Shown one piece after another: positions 16,410 through 25,994 of a DNA stretch of 64,000 nt. The notes under the pieces are model-generated. The model searched no databases and was not told the DNA's origin. It was given only the letters and a program-made list of their open reading frames with translations. The translations under genes and the position numbers were made by a program. How positions within the stretch are numbered: position 1 is the first letter of the stretch; every line of letters begins with the position of its first letter. Source of the DNA: an uncultured Planctomycetia bacterium (GTDB lineage Bacteria; Omnitrophota; Gorgyraeia; Duberdicusellales; 4484-171); the NCBI GenBank assembly GCA_964489445.1, contig CAZAYU010000002.1, positions 77,020 to 141,019 of the forward strand, read 5' to 3'.

Positions 16410-17381
16410 ATGTGTCGGTTTATATTTAGAAGGTTGTTGTTTTTATTACCGCTTTTATTGGGGGTAACATTTCTTACATTCTTCTTGATCAAGATTGCTC
16501 CGGGTGATTTTCTCGATAGTCTAAGACTAAATCCGCAAATTTCTCCGGATACTGTAAAAATATACGAACAAAAATTTCACCTGGATAAACCGTTTGCTAT
16601 TCAATATTTAGTCTGGCTAAAAAATGTGCTTCAAGGTGATTTTGGCTATTCTTTTTCCCACAAAACAGAAGTATTCAGAGTAATAACCTCACGCTTGTTT
16701 AATACTTTTATTCTTTCGTTGTCTGCATTAATTTTTACTTGGATATTTGTTATTCCTTTGGGAGTGGTCTCTGCACTAAAGAAAGGAAAATTTATTGATA
16801 AGTTTCTTTCTTATTTTTCTTATTTAGGAATATCTGTTCCCTCTTTCCTTTTAGCGTTTATCTTTCTTTATTTAGCTACGTTTACCGGCTGGATTCCTTT
16901 AGGCGGAATGCGTTCAGTTAGATTTGATGAATTTACTTTTTTGGGTAAGATCTTAGATTTAGGAAAACATCTAATAATTCCGACTTTAGTTCTATCCATT
17001 GGTAGCATTTGTTCTTTGCAACGAGTATTACGTGCTAACATGTTGGAAGTATTAGGCTCACCGTATATTTTAGGAGCCAAAGCAAGAGGAATTTCTAAGT
17101 GGCGGATTGTTTATGTACATGCACTAAAAAATGCAGTAAATCCGCTAATTACTATTTTTGGGTATCAATTTTCAGCTTTATTAAGTGGAGCAGCGTTGGT
17201 AGAAATTATTTTAGGCTGGCCGGGTTTAGGTACGGTAATGTTGGAAGCGGTTCAGTCTCAAGACTTGTATCTTGTTATGGGGGCGATACTTATGGGGGGA
17301 GTTTTACTTGTTTTTGGAAATTTATTAGCCGATATTTTATTAGGAATTTTTGATCCGCGGATAAGACACGAGAAAAGCTAA
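16410..17381 (+). CDS. oppB: Oligopeptide/dipeptide ABC permease (OppB/DppB family)
   Basis: APGD...LDKP...QY..WL...GDFGYS; EAA-like YILGAKARG; HALKNA; WPGLG. Confidence 0.9.
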   Translation: MCRFIFRRLLFLLPLLLGVTFLTFFLIKIAPGDFLDSLRLNPQISPDTVKIYEQKFHLDKPFAIQYLVWLKNVLQGDFGYSFSHKTEVFRVITSRLFNTFILSLSALIFTWIFVIPLGVVSALKKGKFIDKFLSYFSYLGISVPSFLLAFIFLYLATFTGWIPLGGMRSVRFDEFTFLGKILDLGKHLIIPTLVLSIGSICSLQRVLRANMLEVLGSPYILGAKARGISKWRIVYVHALKNAVNPLITIFGYQFSALLSGAALVEIILGWPGLGTVMLEAVQSQDLYLVMGAILMGGVLLVFGNLLADILLGIFDPRIRHEKS

Positions 17382-17602
17382 TTTTAGAGTAGCCATGGGG
17401 CAATAAATAGGATTAAGCGGTAAGGATTAAGGGGTAGCGAGAAGCAAAGTGCATCGAGCAGAGAGCATGGAGAAAGAAGAGGGTAAAAATTAGAAGGGAG
17501 AAGTTTTCGAGGGGTGATGGGACGACAGGCGAAAGGACGACAGAAAATAGGAAAGTTTATAGTTGATAGTCTAGAGTCTATAGAAAGAGTAAGTAAATAA
17601 AA

Positions 17603-17629
17603 ATCTGTTTTAACTTAGTTAAAACAGAT
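17603..17629. repeat. 27-bp perfect palindrome just upstream of oppC
   Basis: ATCTGTTTTAACT-T-AGTTAAAACAGAT. Confidence 0.8.
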
Positions 17630-17640
17630 AGGTAAACAGA

Positions 17641-18696
17641 ATGAATATTTGGAAAAAAATTTTTAAGAGTAAAGCCGGAGCAGTTTCTTTGGTTACTTTA
17701 TCTGTGCTTTATCTGGGGATAATTTTTGCTGCTTTCTTTGCGCCTTACAACTATGATCAGGATGATGTTCTGAATTCTTACTCTCCGCCGACAAAAATTC
17801 ATTTATTTAATTTTTCTGCCAAGCAGTTTACACCGTTTGTTTACGGAAAAAAATGCGTGGTTAATAAATATTATCAGCGTATTTATTCTGAAGATAAGAG
17901 CAAAATATATCCAGTAAAGTTTTTTACTAAAGGTTTCAAATATAAGCTATTCGGGATTTGGAATTGCAATCGGCATTTGTTTGGAACGGATGAGGGTAAA
18001 ATTTATTTGTTGGGTGCAGATTTAAGAGGCCGAGATTTATTTTCTCGGATTCTTTACGGAGGAAGGATATCGCTTTCTATAGTGGTTGTTGCTGGTTTGA
18101 TTTCTTTTTCCATTGGACTGTTGGTCGGAGGAATTTCTGGTTACTTTGGCGGTAAAATTGATAATTTTACTATGCGTGTTTGTGAAATAATCATGATGAT
18201 TCCTTCTTTTTATTTATTATTAGTATTACGTTCTTCTTTTCCGGTAAACTGGGGATCGGCACAAGTATATTTTATGGTAGTAATAATTCTTTCATTGATT
18301 GGCTGGGCTTCTTTAGCCCGGACGATTCGGGGGATGGCGCTTTCTTTGCGGGAGAATGATTTTGTTTACGCGGCAAAATCTGCCGGATTAGGAAATTTTA
18401 AAATAATCATTAAGCATATTTTACCGCATACACTTTCGTATTCGCTAGTTGCATTAGTATTAAGTATTCCTTCTTATATTTTAGCAGAAGCGGCTCTTAG
18501 CCTTATTGGATTGGGAATCCAAGAGCCGCAAGCAAGCTGGGGAAATTTATTGTCTTCGGCTTTAGGAATAGTAAATATTCGTCTTTATCCCTGGATATTA
18601 ATTCCCGGAATATTTATTATAATTACCGGGATGTGTTTTTATATTTTAGGCGATACATTACGTGATATTTTTGATCCGAAAAGAAAGATTCTATGA
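17641..18696 (+). CDS. oppC: Oligopeptide ABC permease (OppC/DppC family)
   Basis: LLGADLRGRDLFSRILYGGRISL; FVYAAKSAG; HILP; EAALSLIGLG...SWG. Confidence 0.9.
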   Translation: MNIWKKIFKSKAGAVSLVTLSVLYLGIIFAAFFAPYNYDQDDVLNSYSPPTKIHLFNFSAKQFTPFVYGKKCVVNKYYQRIYSEDKSKIYPVKFFTKGFKYKLFGIWNCNRHLFGTDEGKIYLLGADLRGRDLFSRILYGGRISLSIVVVAGLISFSIGLLVGGISGYFGGKIDNFTMRVCEIIMMIPSFYLLLVLRSSFPVNWGSAQVYFMVVIILSLIGWASLARTIRGMALSLRENDFVYAAKSAGLGNFKIIIKHILPHTLSYSLVALVLSIPSYILAEAALSLIGLGIQEPQASWGNLLSSALGIVNIRLYPWILIPGIFIIITGMCFYILGDTLRDIFDPKRKIL

Positions 18697-19478
18697 TTTT
18701 AGAAATTAACAATTTAAGTGTCGCATACAATAGCGAAAAAATATTAGTTTCTGCCCTAAATAACATCAACCTTTACTTAGAGCAGGGTGAAATATTAAGT
18801 GTGGTTGGAGAATCAGGCTCAGGTAAAAGTACGCTTGCTTTCTCATTATTAGATTTATTGCCACAGGATGCGCAAAGAAAAGGTGAGGCTTACTTTAAAG
18901 GAGAAAATATTTTTTGTTTTAAAGACAAAGAAATGGAAAATTTACGCGGGAAACGAATCGGCCTTATATTTCAAGAACCGTCGGTAACTTTTAATCCGGT
19001 ATTAAGTATTAGCTATCAGTTCCAGGAGATTTTAAAAACTCGGATGGGGATAAATAGTAAAGAGGAAAGAATAGAAATTATGGTTGATCTTTTTAAAAAA
19101 GTACATTTGGATGGTTGGAAGCGAATATTGAGTAGTTATCCGCACCAATTAAGCGGAGGTGAACTTCAACGGATTGCAATCGCGATGGCTGTTTCTTTTA
19201 AGCCGGATATTTTGCTTTGCGATGAGCCAACTAGCTCTTTAGATGTGACTATTGAGAGTCAAATTATTCATTTATTTAAAGAGTTGAAGGAAACATTGGG
19301 CTTAACTTTGTTGTTTATTACGCATAATCTCGAATTGGCAAGAGTGTTATCGGATCGGGTGGCTGTTTTACATCAGGGTTGTTTGCGGGAAGTAAATAAT
19401 AAACAAAAGTTGTTTGATTACCCCCAAGACAAATACACAAAACAACTTTTATCTTCTTTCCAAGAGTTAGAAGGGTGA
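18693..19478 (+). CDS. oppD: Oligopeptide ABC ATPase (OppD/DppD)
   Basis: GESGSGKS, YPHQLSGGELQR, DEPTSSLD. Confidence 0.9.
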   Translation: MILEINNLSVAYNSEKILVSALNNINLYLEQGEILSVVGESGSGKSTLAFSLLDLLPQDAQRKGEAYFKGENIFCFKDKEMENLRGKRIGLIFQEPSVTFNPVLSISYQFQEILKTRMGINSKEERIEIMVDLFKKVHLDGWKRILSSYPHQLSGGELQRIAIAMAVSFKPDILLCDEPTSSLDVTIESQIIHLFKELKETLGLTLLFITHNLELARVLSDRVAVLHQGCLREVNNKQKLFDYPQDKYTKQLLSSFQELEG

Positions 19479-19488
19479 TTTCTAATTC

Positions 19489-20442
19489 TTGAAAAGTGGA
19501 AAGGTAGATAAATATTTATGGGATGCAAGAATGATTAATAGCATTTATAAGTTATTGGAAGTAAAAGACTTAAGTGTGCAATTTTCCCAGGGTAAAAAAA
19601 ATGTTAAAGCAGTAGACGGGGTGAATTTTTTTCTTCAAAAAGGAGTTATTACCGCTTTAGCCGGTGAGAGTGGATGTGGGAAAACTACACTGGCAAAAAC
19701 AATTTTAAAATTTCATAAACCGGCTGGAGGAAAGATATACCTAAATAGTAGAGACATTACATTAAAAAGTAATGAGCGGTATTTAAGAAAAAATATTCAA
19801 GTTGTTTTTCAAAATCCGTTTTCTAGCCTTGATTTCCGGTATTCTATTTTTTCCTCTCTTTATGAATCTTTATCCGTATTTAAAAAGATAAAAAAAGATC
19901 AAGCCGAAGAAATTATTGTAAAATCGTTAAACGATGTAGAATTAGATAAAGGGATAATGCTTCGCTATCCGCAGCAATTAAGCGGAGGACAGGTACAAAG
20001 AGTGTGTATTGCCCGTGCTTTAATCAACAAGCCTTCTTTAGTCATTCTAGACGAGCCGACATCAAGCTTAGATGTAACTACTGCTTCCAAAATTGTTAGG
20101 TTGCTTGCGAAAATACAACAGGATTCAGGCGTTACTTTTTTATTTATTTCACATAACTTGCGGCTTTTAAAGAAAGTTTCTGATTTTTGTTTTATTATGT
20201 ATGCGGGTAAGGTTGTAGAGTTTGGTCCTAAGCAGCTGGTCTATGATAATCCGCTTCATCCTTATACTAAACTTTTGATGGAAGCCTCTTACTATAGATT
20301 AAAACGTTTTAAAGATTCAAAGGTTTCTTTAAATGGATGTTCTTTTTCTTCGCGCTGCACCTACCAAGAGGATAAATGCTCAAAGGAATCCAACTTCAAG
20401 GAGGTAGAGCCAGGTCATTTTGTCTCTTGCTGTCTTTTTTAA
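19489..20442 (+). CDS. oppF: Oligopeptide ABC ATPase (OppF/DppF); true start probably ATG at 19531
   Basis: GESGCGKT, LSGGQVQR, HPYT and Cys-rich C-terminus. Confidence 0.9.
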   Translation: MKSGKVDKYLWDARMINSIYKLLEVKDLSVQFSQGKKNVKAVDGVNFFLQKGVITALAGESGCGKTTLAKTILKFHKPAGGKIYLNSRDITLKSNERYLRKNIQVVFQNPFSSLDFRYSIFSSLYESLSVFKKIKKDQAEEIIVKSLNDVELDKGIMLRYPQQLSGGQVQRVCIARALINKPSLVILDEPTSSLDVTTASKIVRLLAKIQQDSGVTFLFISHNLRLLKKVSDFCFIMYAGKVVEFGPKQLVYDNPLHPYTKLLMEASYYRLKRFKDSKVSLNGCSFSSRCTYQEDKCSKESNFKEVEPGHFVSCCLF

Positions 20443-20473
20443 CCATCTTCCACCTTGAAGGTGGAAGATGGTT
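20441..20473. repeat. 33-bp perfect palindrome (REP-like or terminator) after oppF
   Basis: AACCATCTTCCACCTT-G-AAGGTGGAAGATGGTT; 22 bp recur inverted at 25773-25794. Confidence 0.85.
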
Positions 20474-20566
20474 GTTGTGACTGAAGGTGTTTGACATAGT
20501 ATGCATTTTTGGGTAATTTATAGTATAATTGTTTTAATTTAAAGATATTAATTTAAGAAATATAAG

Positions 20567-21199
20567 ATGAGATTAGAATTTTTTGAAAACATTAATATTC
20601 CTGCGCCTAAAGAGAAGATTTATTTGCGTTTGGGATTTTCCAAGCAAAATACACAATTATCCACCGATGAATTCCTAAAGTATGAAGCAGATATTAATTC
20701 GGCCTTAGAAAAAATAAGTTTAAAAGGCTCGTTGGTGATTCTGGATATAAAAAATAATGATGGCAAAAAAATTATGCTAGAAGGAAATATTGGAATAGAA
20801 AGTAGTCGTTTGGCTAAATTTTTAGGTGAATGCTCCGAGCTTATTTTTATCGGGATAACTGCTGGAAGTGATATAATAAAAATGATAAATATCGAGCAAA
20901 TTAGTAAAAATTTAAGCAAAGCGGTAGTCCTTGATGCAGTAGCTAGTGAGATGGTTGATTTTGCTTTGGGTTGGGTTGCCGGACGTAAAGCAAAAGATCT
21001 AAGACGACAAAACAAATTTATTACTGAGCAAAGAATGTCAGCAGGGTATGGTGATTTTAATATCCAATATCAAAAAGTTATTTGTGAATTATTAAAATTA
21101 GACAGATTAGGCGTGCAATTAACGCAGAGCTATATTCTTGATCCTGAGAAGTCGGTTACTGCAGTCTATGGAGTTAAACAAGAACATATTAATAAATAA
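20567..21199 (+). CDS. Stand-alone methionine synthase reactivation (AdoMet-binding) domain protein
   Basis: RMSAGYGD...LDPEKSVTAV motif; directly upstream of MetH lacking this domain. Confidence 0.8.
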   Translation: MRLEFFENINIPAPKEKIYLRLGFSKQNTQLSTDEFLKYEADINSALEKISLKGSLVILDIKNNDGKKIMLEGNIGIESSRLAKFLGECSELIFIGITAGSDIIKMINIEQISKNLSKAVVLDAVASEMVDFALGWVAGRKAKDLRRQNKFITEQRMSAGYGDFNIQYQKVICELLKLDRLGVQLTQSYILDPEKSVTAVYGVKQEHINK

Positions 21200-21217
21200 G
21201 GGTGAGTGTAGAGTATT

Positions 21218-23614
21218 ATGAAAAAAATTGATCAAATACTAAAACAAAGAGTGTTGATTTTAGACGGTGCCGTCGGAACTCAATTGCAAAAAATGGGGCT
21301 TCCTTGCGGAGTTTCTCCGGAAATTTGGTGTGTTCAGAATCCGAATATATTAATGAAATTGCATCAAGAATATATTCAGTCCGGCTCAGATGTTATTTAT
21401 ACTGCAACTTTTGGCGCAAACAGAATTAAATTGGCACAGTTTGGCTGTAAGTCGGTGCCTGAGATAAATAATCAGTTAGCGTTAATTGCTAAAAAAGCTG
21501 CTGGTAAAAATGCTTTAGTTGCCGGAGGTATCGGGCCAACGGGTGAGTTAATCGAGCCGTTTGGAAATTTAAAATTTGAAGAGGCAGTTAATATTTTTAA
21601 AGAGCAAGTTAAAAGTTTATTGAAAGCTGGTGTTGATTTTTTTGTTATTGAAACAATGATCGATATTCAGGAGGCTCGTGCTGCGTTAATTGCGGTTTCG
21701 GAATTAACGGATAAGTTTAGGATGGTAAGTATGACTTTTGAGCCCGATGGAAATACTTTGGGTGGAACACCGCCTGAAGCAGCATTGATTACTTTGCAAA
21801 GTTTAGGGGCCAGTGCTTTTGGTTGTAATTGCTCAACCGGACCTGAGGCGATGGTTGATATTATCAGAAAAATAAAGCCGTATGCGACAATTCCGTTGTT
21901 AGCAAAACCGAATGCCGGTTTTCCCAGATTGTCCGGTGGTAAGACTATTTTTACTATGAATTCTAAAGAATTTGCTAAATATTCAGTGGATCTGGTTAAA
22001 GCTGGTGCTAATATTTTGGGTGGCTGCTGTGGAACTGATCCCGAATATATTAAGGCATTAATAGAAAAAATAAAACATATTAAGCCGAAAGAAATTAGGC
22101 AAAAGAATTTATCAGCATTATCTTCGGCCCGAAAAAGCATTATTCTTGGAGATAATATGCCTTTGGTGGTTGTTGGTGAGTGCATTAATCCTACCGGAAA
22201 AAAAGAATTGAGTTCGCAGCTTAAAAAAGGTCAAATATCATTATTAAGGGATTTAGCTAAGCAGCAACAGCAGAAGGGCGCAGACATTTTAGATGTTAAT
22301 ATTAGTGTCGGTCAAATAGATGAACAGAAATTAATAATTGATGTTGTTTCTGCGTTGAGTAATGACACACATTTACCGTTGGTAATTGACTCATCGACAC
22401 CGGAAGTTATTGAAAAATTTTTAAGGCTTTATCCAGGAAGAGCGTTGATTAATTCTATTTCTGCAGATAACCAAAAGATGAAAAAATTGCTTAATATAGC
22501 TTCTCGGTATGGGGCAATGTTTATTTTGCTTCCGATTAGCGGGAAAAATATTCCGAAAAATTTACCAGAAAAGAAAAAAAATATTAATACTATTATTCGG
22601 GAAGCAAAAAAAGTTGGATTTAATAAAGATGGTTTTATAATTGATGCTTTAGCCTTGTCAATTTCTGCAAATCCTAATTCTGCTTATGAAATATTGGAAA
22701 CAATTAAATGGGCAAAAGAAAATGGACACAAAACAGTAATTGGATTGTCTAATGTTTCGTTTGGAATGCCGCAAAGGGCATTGCTGAACTCCACCTTTCT
22801 TATTTTAGCGCGGAGTAAGGGTTTAGATTGTGTTATTGCTAATCCTTTATCTAGTGAAGTTACAAACGCAAAAAAAGCAGTTGATTTATTATTGCGGGAA
22901 AAAGGAGCCAACAAAAGGTTCTTCCAAAATGTAAACGATAGATTGTTAATTATTCCGGATGTAAAAAATCTTAATCAAGTAGAGAAAGAAATTTATCAGC
23001 TTATTTTAGAAGGTCGGAAAGAACAAATTAAAAAAGCAATAAATAAAGCGGTGGCTAATGGTGTAAAAGCACAGTCTTTAATTGATAAAGTATTAGTTCC
23101 GGCGCTTGAGCAAACCGGAAAACTTTTTGATCAACGGATTTATTTTTTACCCCAATTAATTTCTGTTGCTGAAACCGCAAAAATTGTTTTTGGGCTTCTT
23201 CAGGCAAAACTTAAAACTAAAAAAACAATAGCTAAAAAAGCAATAGTTATTTTAGCAACAGTCAAAGGAGACATCCACGATATCGGGAAGAATATTGTTG
23301 CCTTGATGTTGGAAAATTACGGGTTTAAAGTAATTGATTTAGGAAAAGATGTTTCCGCAGAAAAAATTATTAACGCGGCTATTTTTTATAAAGCTTCACT
23401 TATTGGTCTTTCGGCATTAATGACGACTACAATGATAAATATGAAAGATGTAGTAGAATTAGCTAAAACAAAAAAAATAGAATGTAAGTTCTTAATTGGT
23501 GGGGCGGTAGTAACTCAAAATTATGCTAAAACCTTAGGTGCTGAGTATGCATCGGATGGCTTGGAAGCGGTGAGAGCGGCGAAGAGACTGGTGAAAAGTA
23601 CTAAGATAGGATAG
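21218..23614 (+). CDS. metH: B12-dependent methionine synthase (Hcy, pterin and cobalamin domains)
   Basis: LDGAVGT, GCNCS, GGCCGT, GECINPTGK, GDIHDIGKN (DxHxxG), SALMTTT. Confidence 0.92.
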   Translation: MKKIDQILKQRVLILDGAVGTQLQKMGLPCGVSPEIWCVQNPNILMKLHQEYIQSGSDVIYTATFGANRIKLAQFGCKSVPEINNQLALIAKKAAGKNALVAGGIGPTGELIEPFGNLKFEEAVNIFKEQVKSLLKAGVDFFVIETMIDIQEARAALIAVSELTDKFRMVSMTFEPDGNTLGGTPPEAALITLQSLGASAFGCNCSTGPEAMVDIIRKIKPYATIPLLAKPNAGFPRLSGGKTIFTMNSKEFAKYSVDLVKAGANILGGCCGTDPEYIKALIEKIKHIKPKEIRQKNLSALSSARKSIILGDNMPLVVVGECINPTGKKELSSQLKKGQISLLRDLAKQQQQKGADILDVNISVGQIDEQKLIIDVVSALSNDTHLPLVIDSSTPEVIEKFLRLYPGRALINSISADNQKMKKLLNIASRYGAMFILLPISGKNIPKNLPEKKKNINTIIREAKKVGFNKDGFIIDALALSISANPNSAYEILETIKWAKENGHKTVIGLSNVSFGMPQRALLNSTFLILARSKGLDCVIANPLSSEVTNAKKAVDLLLREKGANKRFFQNVNDRLLIIPDVKNLNQVEKEIYQLILEGRKEQIKKAINKAVANGVKAQSLIDKVLVPALEQTGKLFDQRIYFLPQLISVAETAKIVFGLLQAKLKTKKTIAKKAIVILATVKGDIHDIGKNIVALMLENYGFKVIDLGKDVSAEKIINAAIFYKASLIGLSALMTTTMINMKDVVELAKTKKIECKFLIGGAVVTQNYAKTLGAEYASDGLEAVRAAKRLVKSTKIG

Positions 23615-23833
23615 GATTAAGAGATAAGTGAAGAAAACGATGGACGATAGATGGCGGAAGAGGGACGATAGAGAGAAAGGATAAAGGAAAAAGTAAAAAA
23701 TAGAGAATCTTAAAACTTATGTTAGAAGGAAAAGAAGCAGAAAAAAAAGTTATAAAGTAGCAATTATCTACATAATCTATATAAAATGAGTTTAATAAAA
23801 AAGAAGTATAGTATTTGAGTTAAATTTTTTAAT

Positions 23834-23861
23834 TTATCCTTTATCCTTGAACCTTTAACCT
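23834..23861 (+). repeat. Heptamer tandem repeat (TTATCCT family)
   Basis: ttatcct ttatcct tgaacct ttaacct; related array at 25840-25874. Confidence 0.75.
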
Positions 23862-23891
23862 TTTTATCAATCAGCCAATAACAGGGGGAGA

Positions 23892-24842
23892 ATGAAAAAA
23901 GGTGTTTTAAAAATCAGCTGTTTAAGTATATCTCTTTTATTGTGTTTTGTATCTATTCCGATATTTGGTGCAGGATCAGGTGTTCCGGAAGAAAAAATTA
24001 CAATTATTACTTATTATCCTGCACCTTTTGGTGTATACAATGAATTACGTTCTAGGAAAATGGCAATCGGCGATGAATACGTTGATAATGCCGGAGACTA
24101 TTGCTGGCAAGGAGAAGGATGCTCAAACGAAATACCTGAAAATATTCGCTTGCAGGTAAACACTCCTGGTTCCTATTTGTCAATCGGAGAAATGACAATT
24201 GCAGGAGGTAGTGCCAGAGGTCTACATATTGGCACTACACATGACCTTAGCGGTAAAGGCGGAGGCATCTGGTATACAACAAACACTTCAGGAGGTAATT
24301 TGTCTGTTGCCAGCACTGATTATATGAGTATCGATACCTCTGAAGACCCTACCACCGGTAGACAATACCCAATCAGAATGCAAACCTGGAGCGACTCCGG
24401 AAGCTGGAAATTGGGTAATGTAGGTATTGGAACGGTAACTCCCCGAGCAGTTTTAGATGTTGCATCCACTACCAGCGGTTTTGTTCCTCCGCGGATGTCT
24501 GCTTTCCAGCGTGATGTTATTTCTAGTCCTGTAGAGGGCTCAATGGTTTATGTTAATGACCCAACAGTTAAGGAGTACAACTACTATGATGGAGTCAGTT
24601 GGCAGGCGTTAGGGGGAGGCGGAGGTTGTTATGTAGACTATAGTCGACCTGGGGGGCAACCGGTAGGAGCAAGCTGTTCAGTAAGTGGATTTACTATCAG
24701 GGCTTCGCTTGGTTCCTGGGGGTTTTGTAGCAGTTATATTTCTGGAGAGAGTGCAGCAGCTTATTTCCTTCCACCAGGTGGTTCATGTTATTCTGGTACA
24801 ACTTCTAAGCCTTATAGTTACGCTTATCTTTGTTGTGAATAG
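23892..24842 (+). CDS. Exported fibre/adhesin-like protein
   Basis: Signal peptide; ITIITYYPAPFGVYNEL N-terminal motif; GNVGIGTVTP...LDV...GFVPPRM fibre-like segment; Gly linker and Cys-rich tail ending YLCCE. Confidence 0.6.
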   Translation: MKKGVLKISCLSISLLLCFVSIPIFGAGSGVPEEKITIITYYPAPFGVYNELRSRKMAIGDEYVDNAGDYCWQGEGCSNEIPENIRLQVNTPGSYLSIGEMTIAGGSARGLHIGTTHDLSGKGGGIWYTTNTSGGNLSVASTDYMSIDTSEDPTTGRQYPIRMQTWSDSGSWKLGNVGIGTVTPRAVLDVASTTSGFVPPRMSAFQRDVISSPVEGSMVYVNDPTVKEYNYYDGVSWQALGGGGGCYVDYSRPGGQPVGASCSVSGFTIRASLGSWGFCSSYISGESAAAYFLPPGGSCYSGTTSKPYSYAYLCCE

Positions 24843-24909
24843 TTATTTATTTTGTTTCTTGGGAACATACTTAGTGTTTTTTTGCTTAATAGACTTATTT
24901 AAAAGAGTA

Positions 24910-25701
24910 ATGATTAGTAAGCGCTTATGTTGTATTTTGATTTTTTTTGCCTTTATTTTTCCGGTTTTTGCTTGGCAAGTTGAAACACTTCAAACCGATA
25001 GTCCTAAACAACAATTAACTATTAATCTAGTTTTTGCGCCTTTAGATTATTCGGGAAAAGAGGAAATTAAGGAGGATGTTTCTTTAATTACTACACGTTT
25101 AAAAAGTATTTTTCCGTTTAATGAATTTAATGGTTTTCGGTTTTTTTTATTAATATTTGATGGGCAAAAGTCGGGTGACATATTTGAAGAGAGTAAGACT
25201 TTTCCTTATCTCAAAATAAATAATGATTTTATTCAAGAATTAAATGATGAAATCAGGGGAAATTATAAATTAGTAATTTTGAATAAACAAGGAAATGCTA
25301 GCGGTGCCGAGTTGTCAAATATAAATGAGACCTCGATTATAATTTTAGGGAAAAACAGTTTTGGAGAAAAGAATCGATTAGCTAAAGCGTTTTTACATGA
25401 GTTTGGGCATAGTTTGGGTTTAAGAGAAGAAAATCCAACGAGCATTCAGGAAATTATCCCCGGAAAACCAAATTGTGCTTTAAATAAGAACATTGCGGTT
25501 GAGTGGTGGGGTGAGATAGCCGAAGAAAATAGTGGAGTAGATTATTTTGAGATAAAGTCAAACGATAAAATATTTATAAAACCGACTTTGCGTTCAATAA
25601 TGAATGACCCGTTTAAGTCTTACGGTTATGGACCGGTGAATGAGCAATATTTATGTGAAGAACTGGAAATTGAGAGAGATAGAGGAAACTATGGAAGATA
25701 G
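24910..25701 (+). CDS. Exported zinc metallopeptidase, M64-like
   Basis: Signal peptide from ATG 24910 (the track start 24685 overlaps the previous gene); HEFGHSLGLREE; SIM Met-turn-like motif. Confidence 0.7.
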   Translation: MISKRLCCILIFFAFIFPVFAWQVETLQTDSPKQQLTINLVFAPLDYSGKEEIKEDVSLITTRLKSIFPFNEFNGFRFFLLIFDGQKSGDIFEESKTFPYLKINNDFIQELNDEIRGNYKLVILNKQGNASGAELSNINETSIIILGKNSFGEKNRLAKAFLHEFGHSLGLREENPTSIQEIIPGKPNCALNKNIAVEWWGEIAEENSGVDYFEIKSNDKIFIKPTLRSIMNDPFKSYGYGPVNEQYLCEELEIERDRGNYGR

Positions 25702-25772
25702 ATGATGAAAGAGGGACGAAAAAGTAGAGGAGAAAAGAATAAAAAATAAAAAAGTAAGAGAAAACCGGATTG

Positions 25773-25794
25773 CCACCTTCAAGGTGGAAGATGG
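25773..25794. repeat. Partial second copy of the REP-like palindrome
   Basis: CCACCTTCAAGGTGGAAGATGG is the reverse complement of 20443-20464. Confidence 0.8.
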
Positions 25795-25839
25795 ATAATC
25801 ATTGACGTGTTACATATTTTATTGAATTTATTTTCTGAT

Positions 25840-25874
25840 TTATCCTTTAATCTTTAATCTTGAACCTTTATCCT
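25840..25874 (+). repeat. Heptamer tandem repeat (TTATCCT family)
   Basis: ttatcct ttaatct ttaatct tgaacct ttatcct. Confidence 0.75.
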
Positions 25875-25955
25875 TGAGAACTGTTTAACTAATTCTGGTA
25901 GCAGGTTTCTGGTTCCTGATAGTAATTACCCAATTTATCCGGCTACGTATTTAGT

Positions 25956-25984
25956 TTGACAGGGTAGAGGTTAGTATATATAAT
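25956..25984 (+). promoter_or_regulatory. Consensus sigma-70 promoter of lysS
   Basis: TTGACA-17 nt-TATAAT, ending 10 nt before the lysS ATG. Confidence 0.8.
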
Positions 25985-25994
25985 CGTAAGCACT

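Noticed and set aside
24685-24909. N-terminal extension of the peptidase ORF
   Set aside because: It overlaps the preceding gene; ATG 24910 gives a clean signal peptide.
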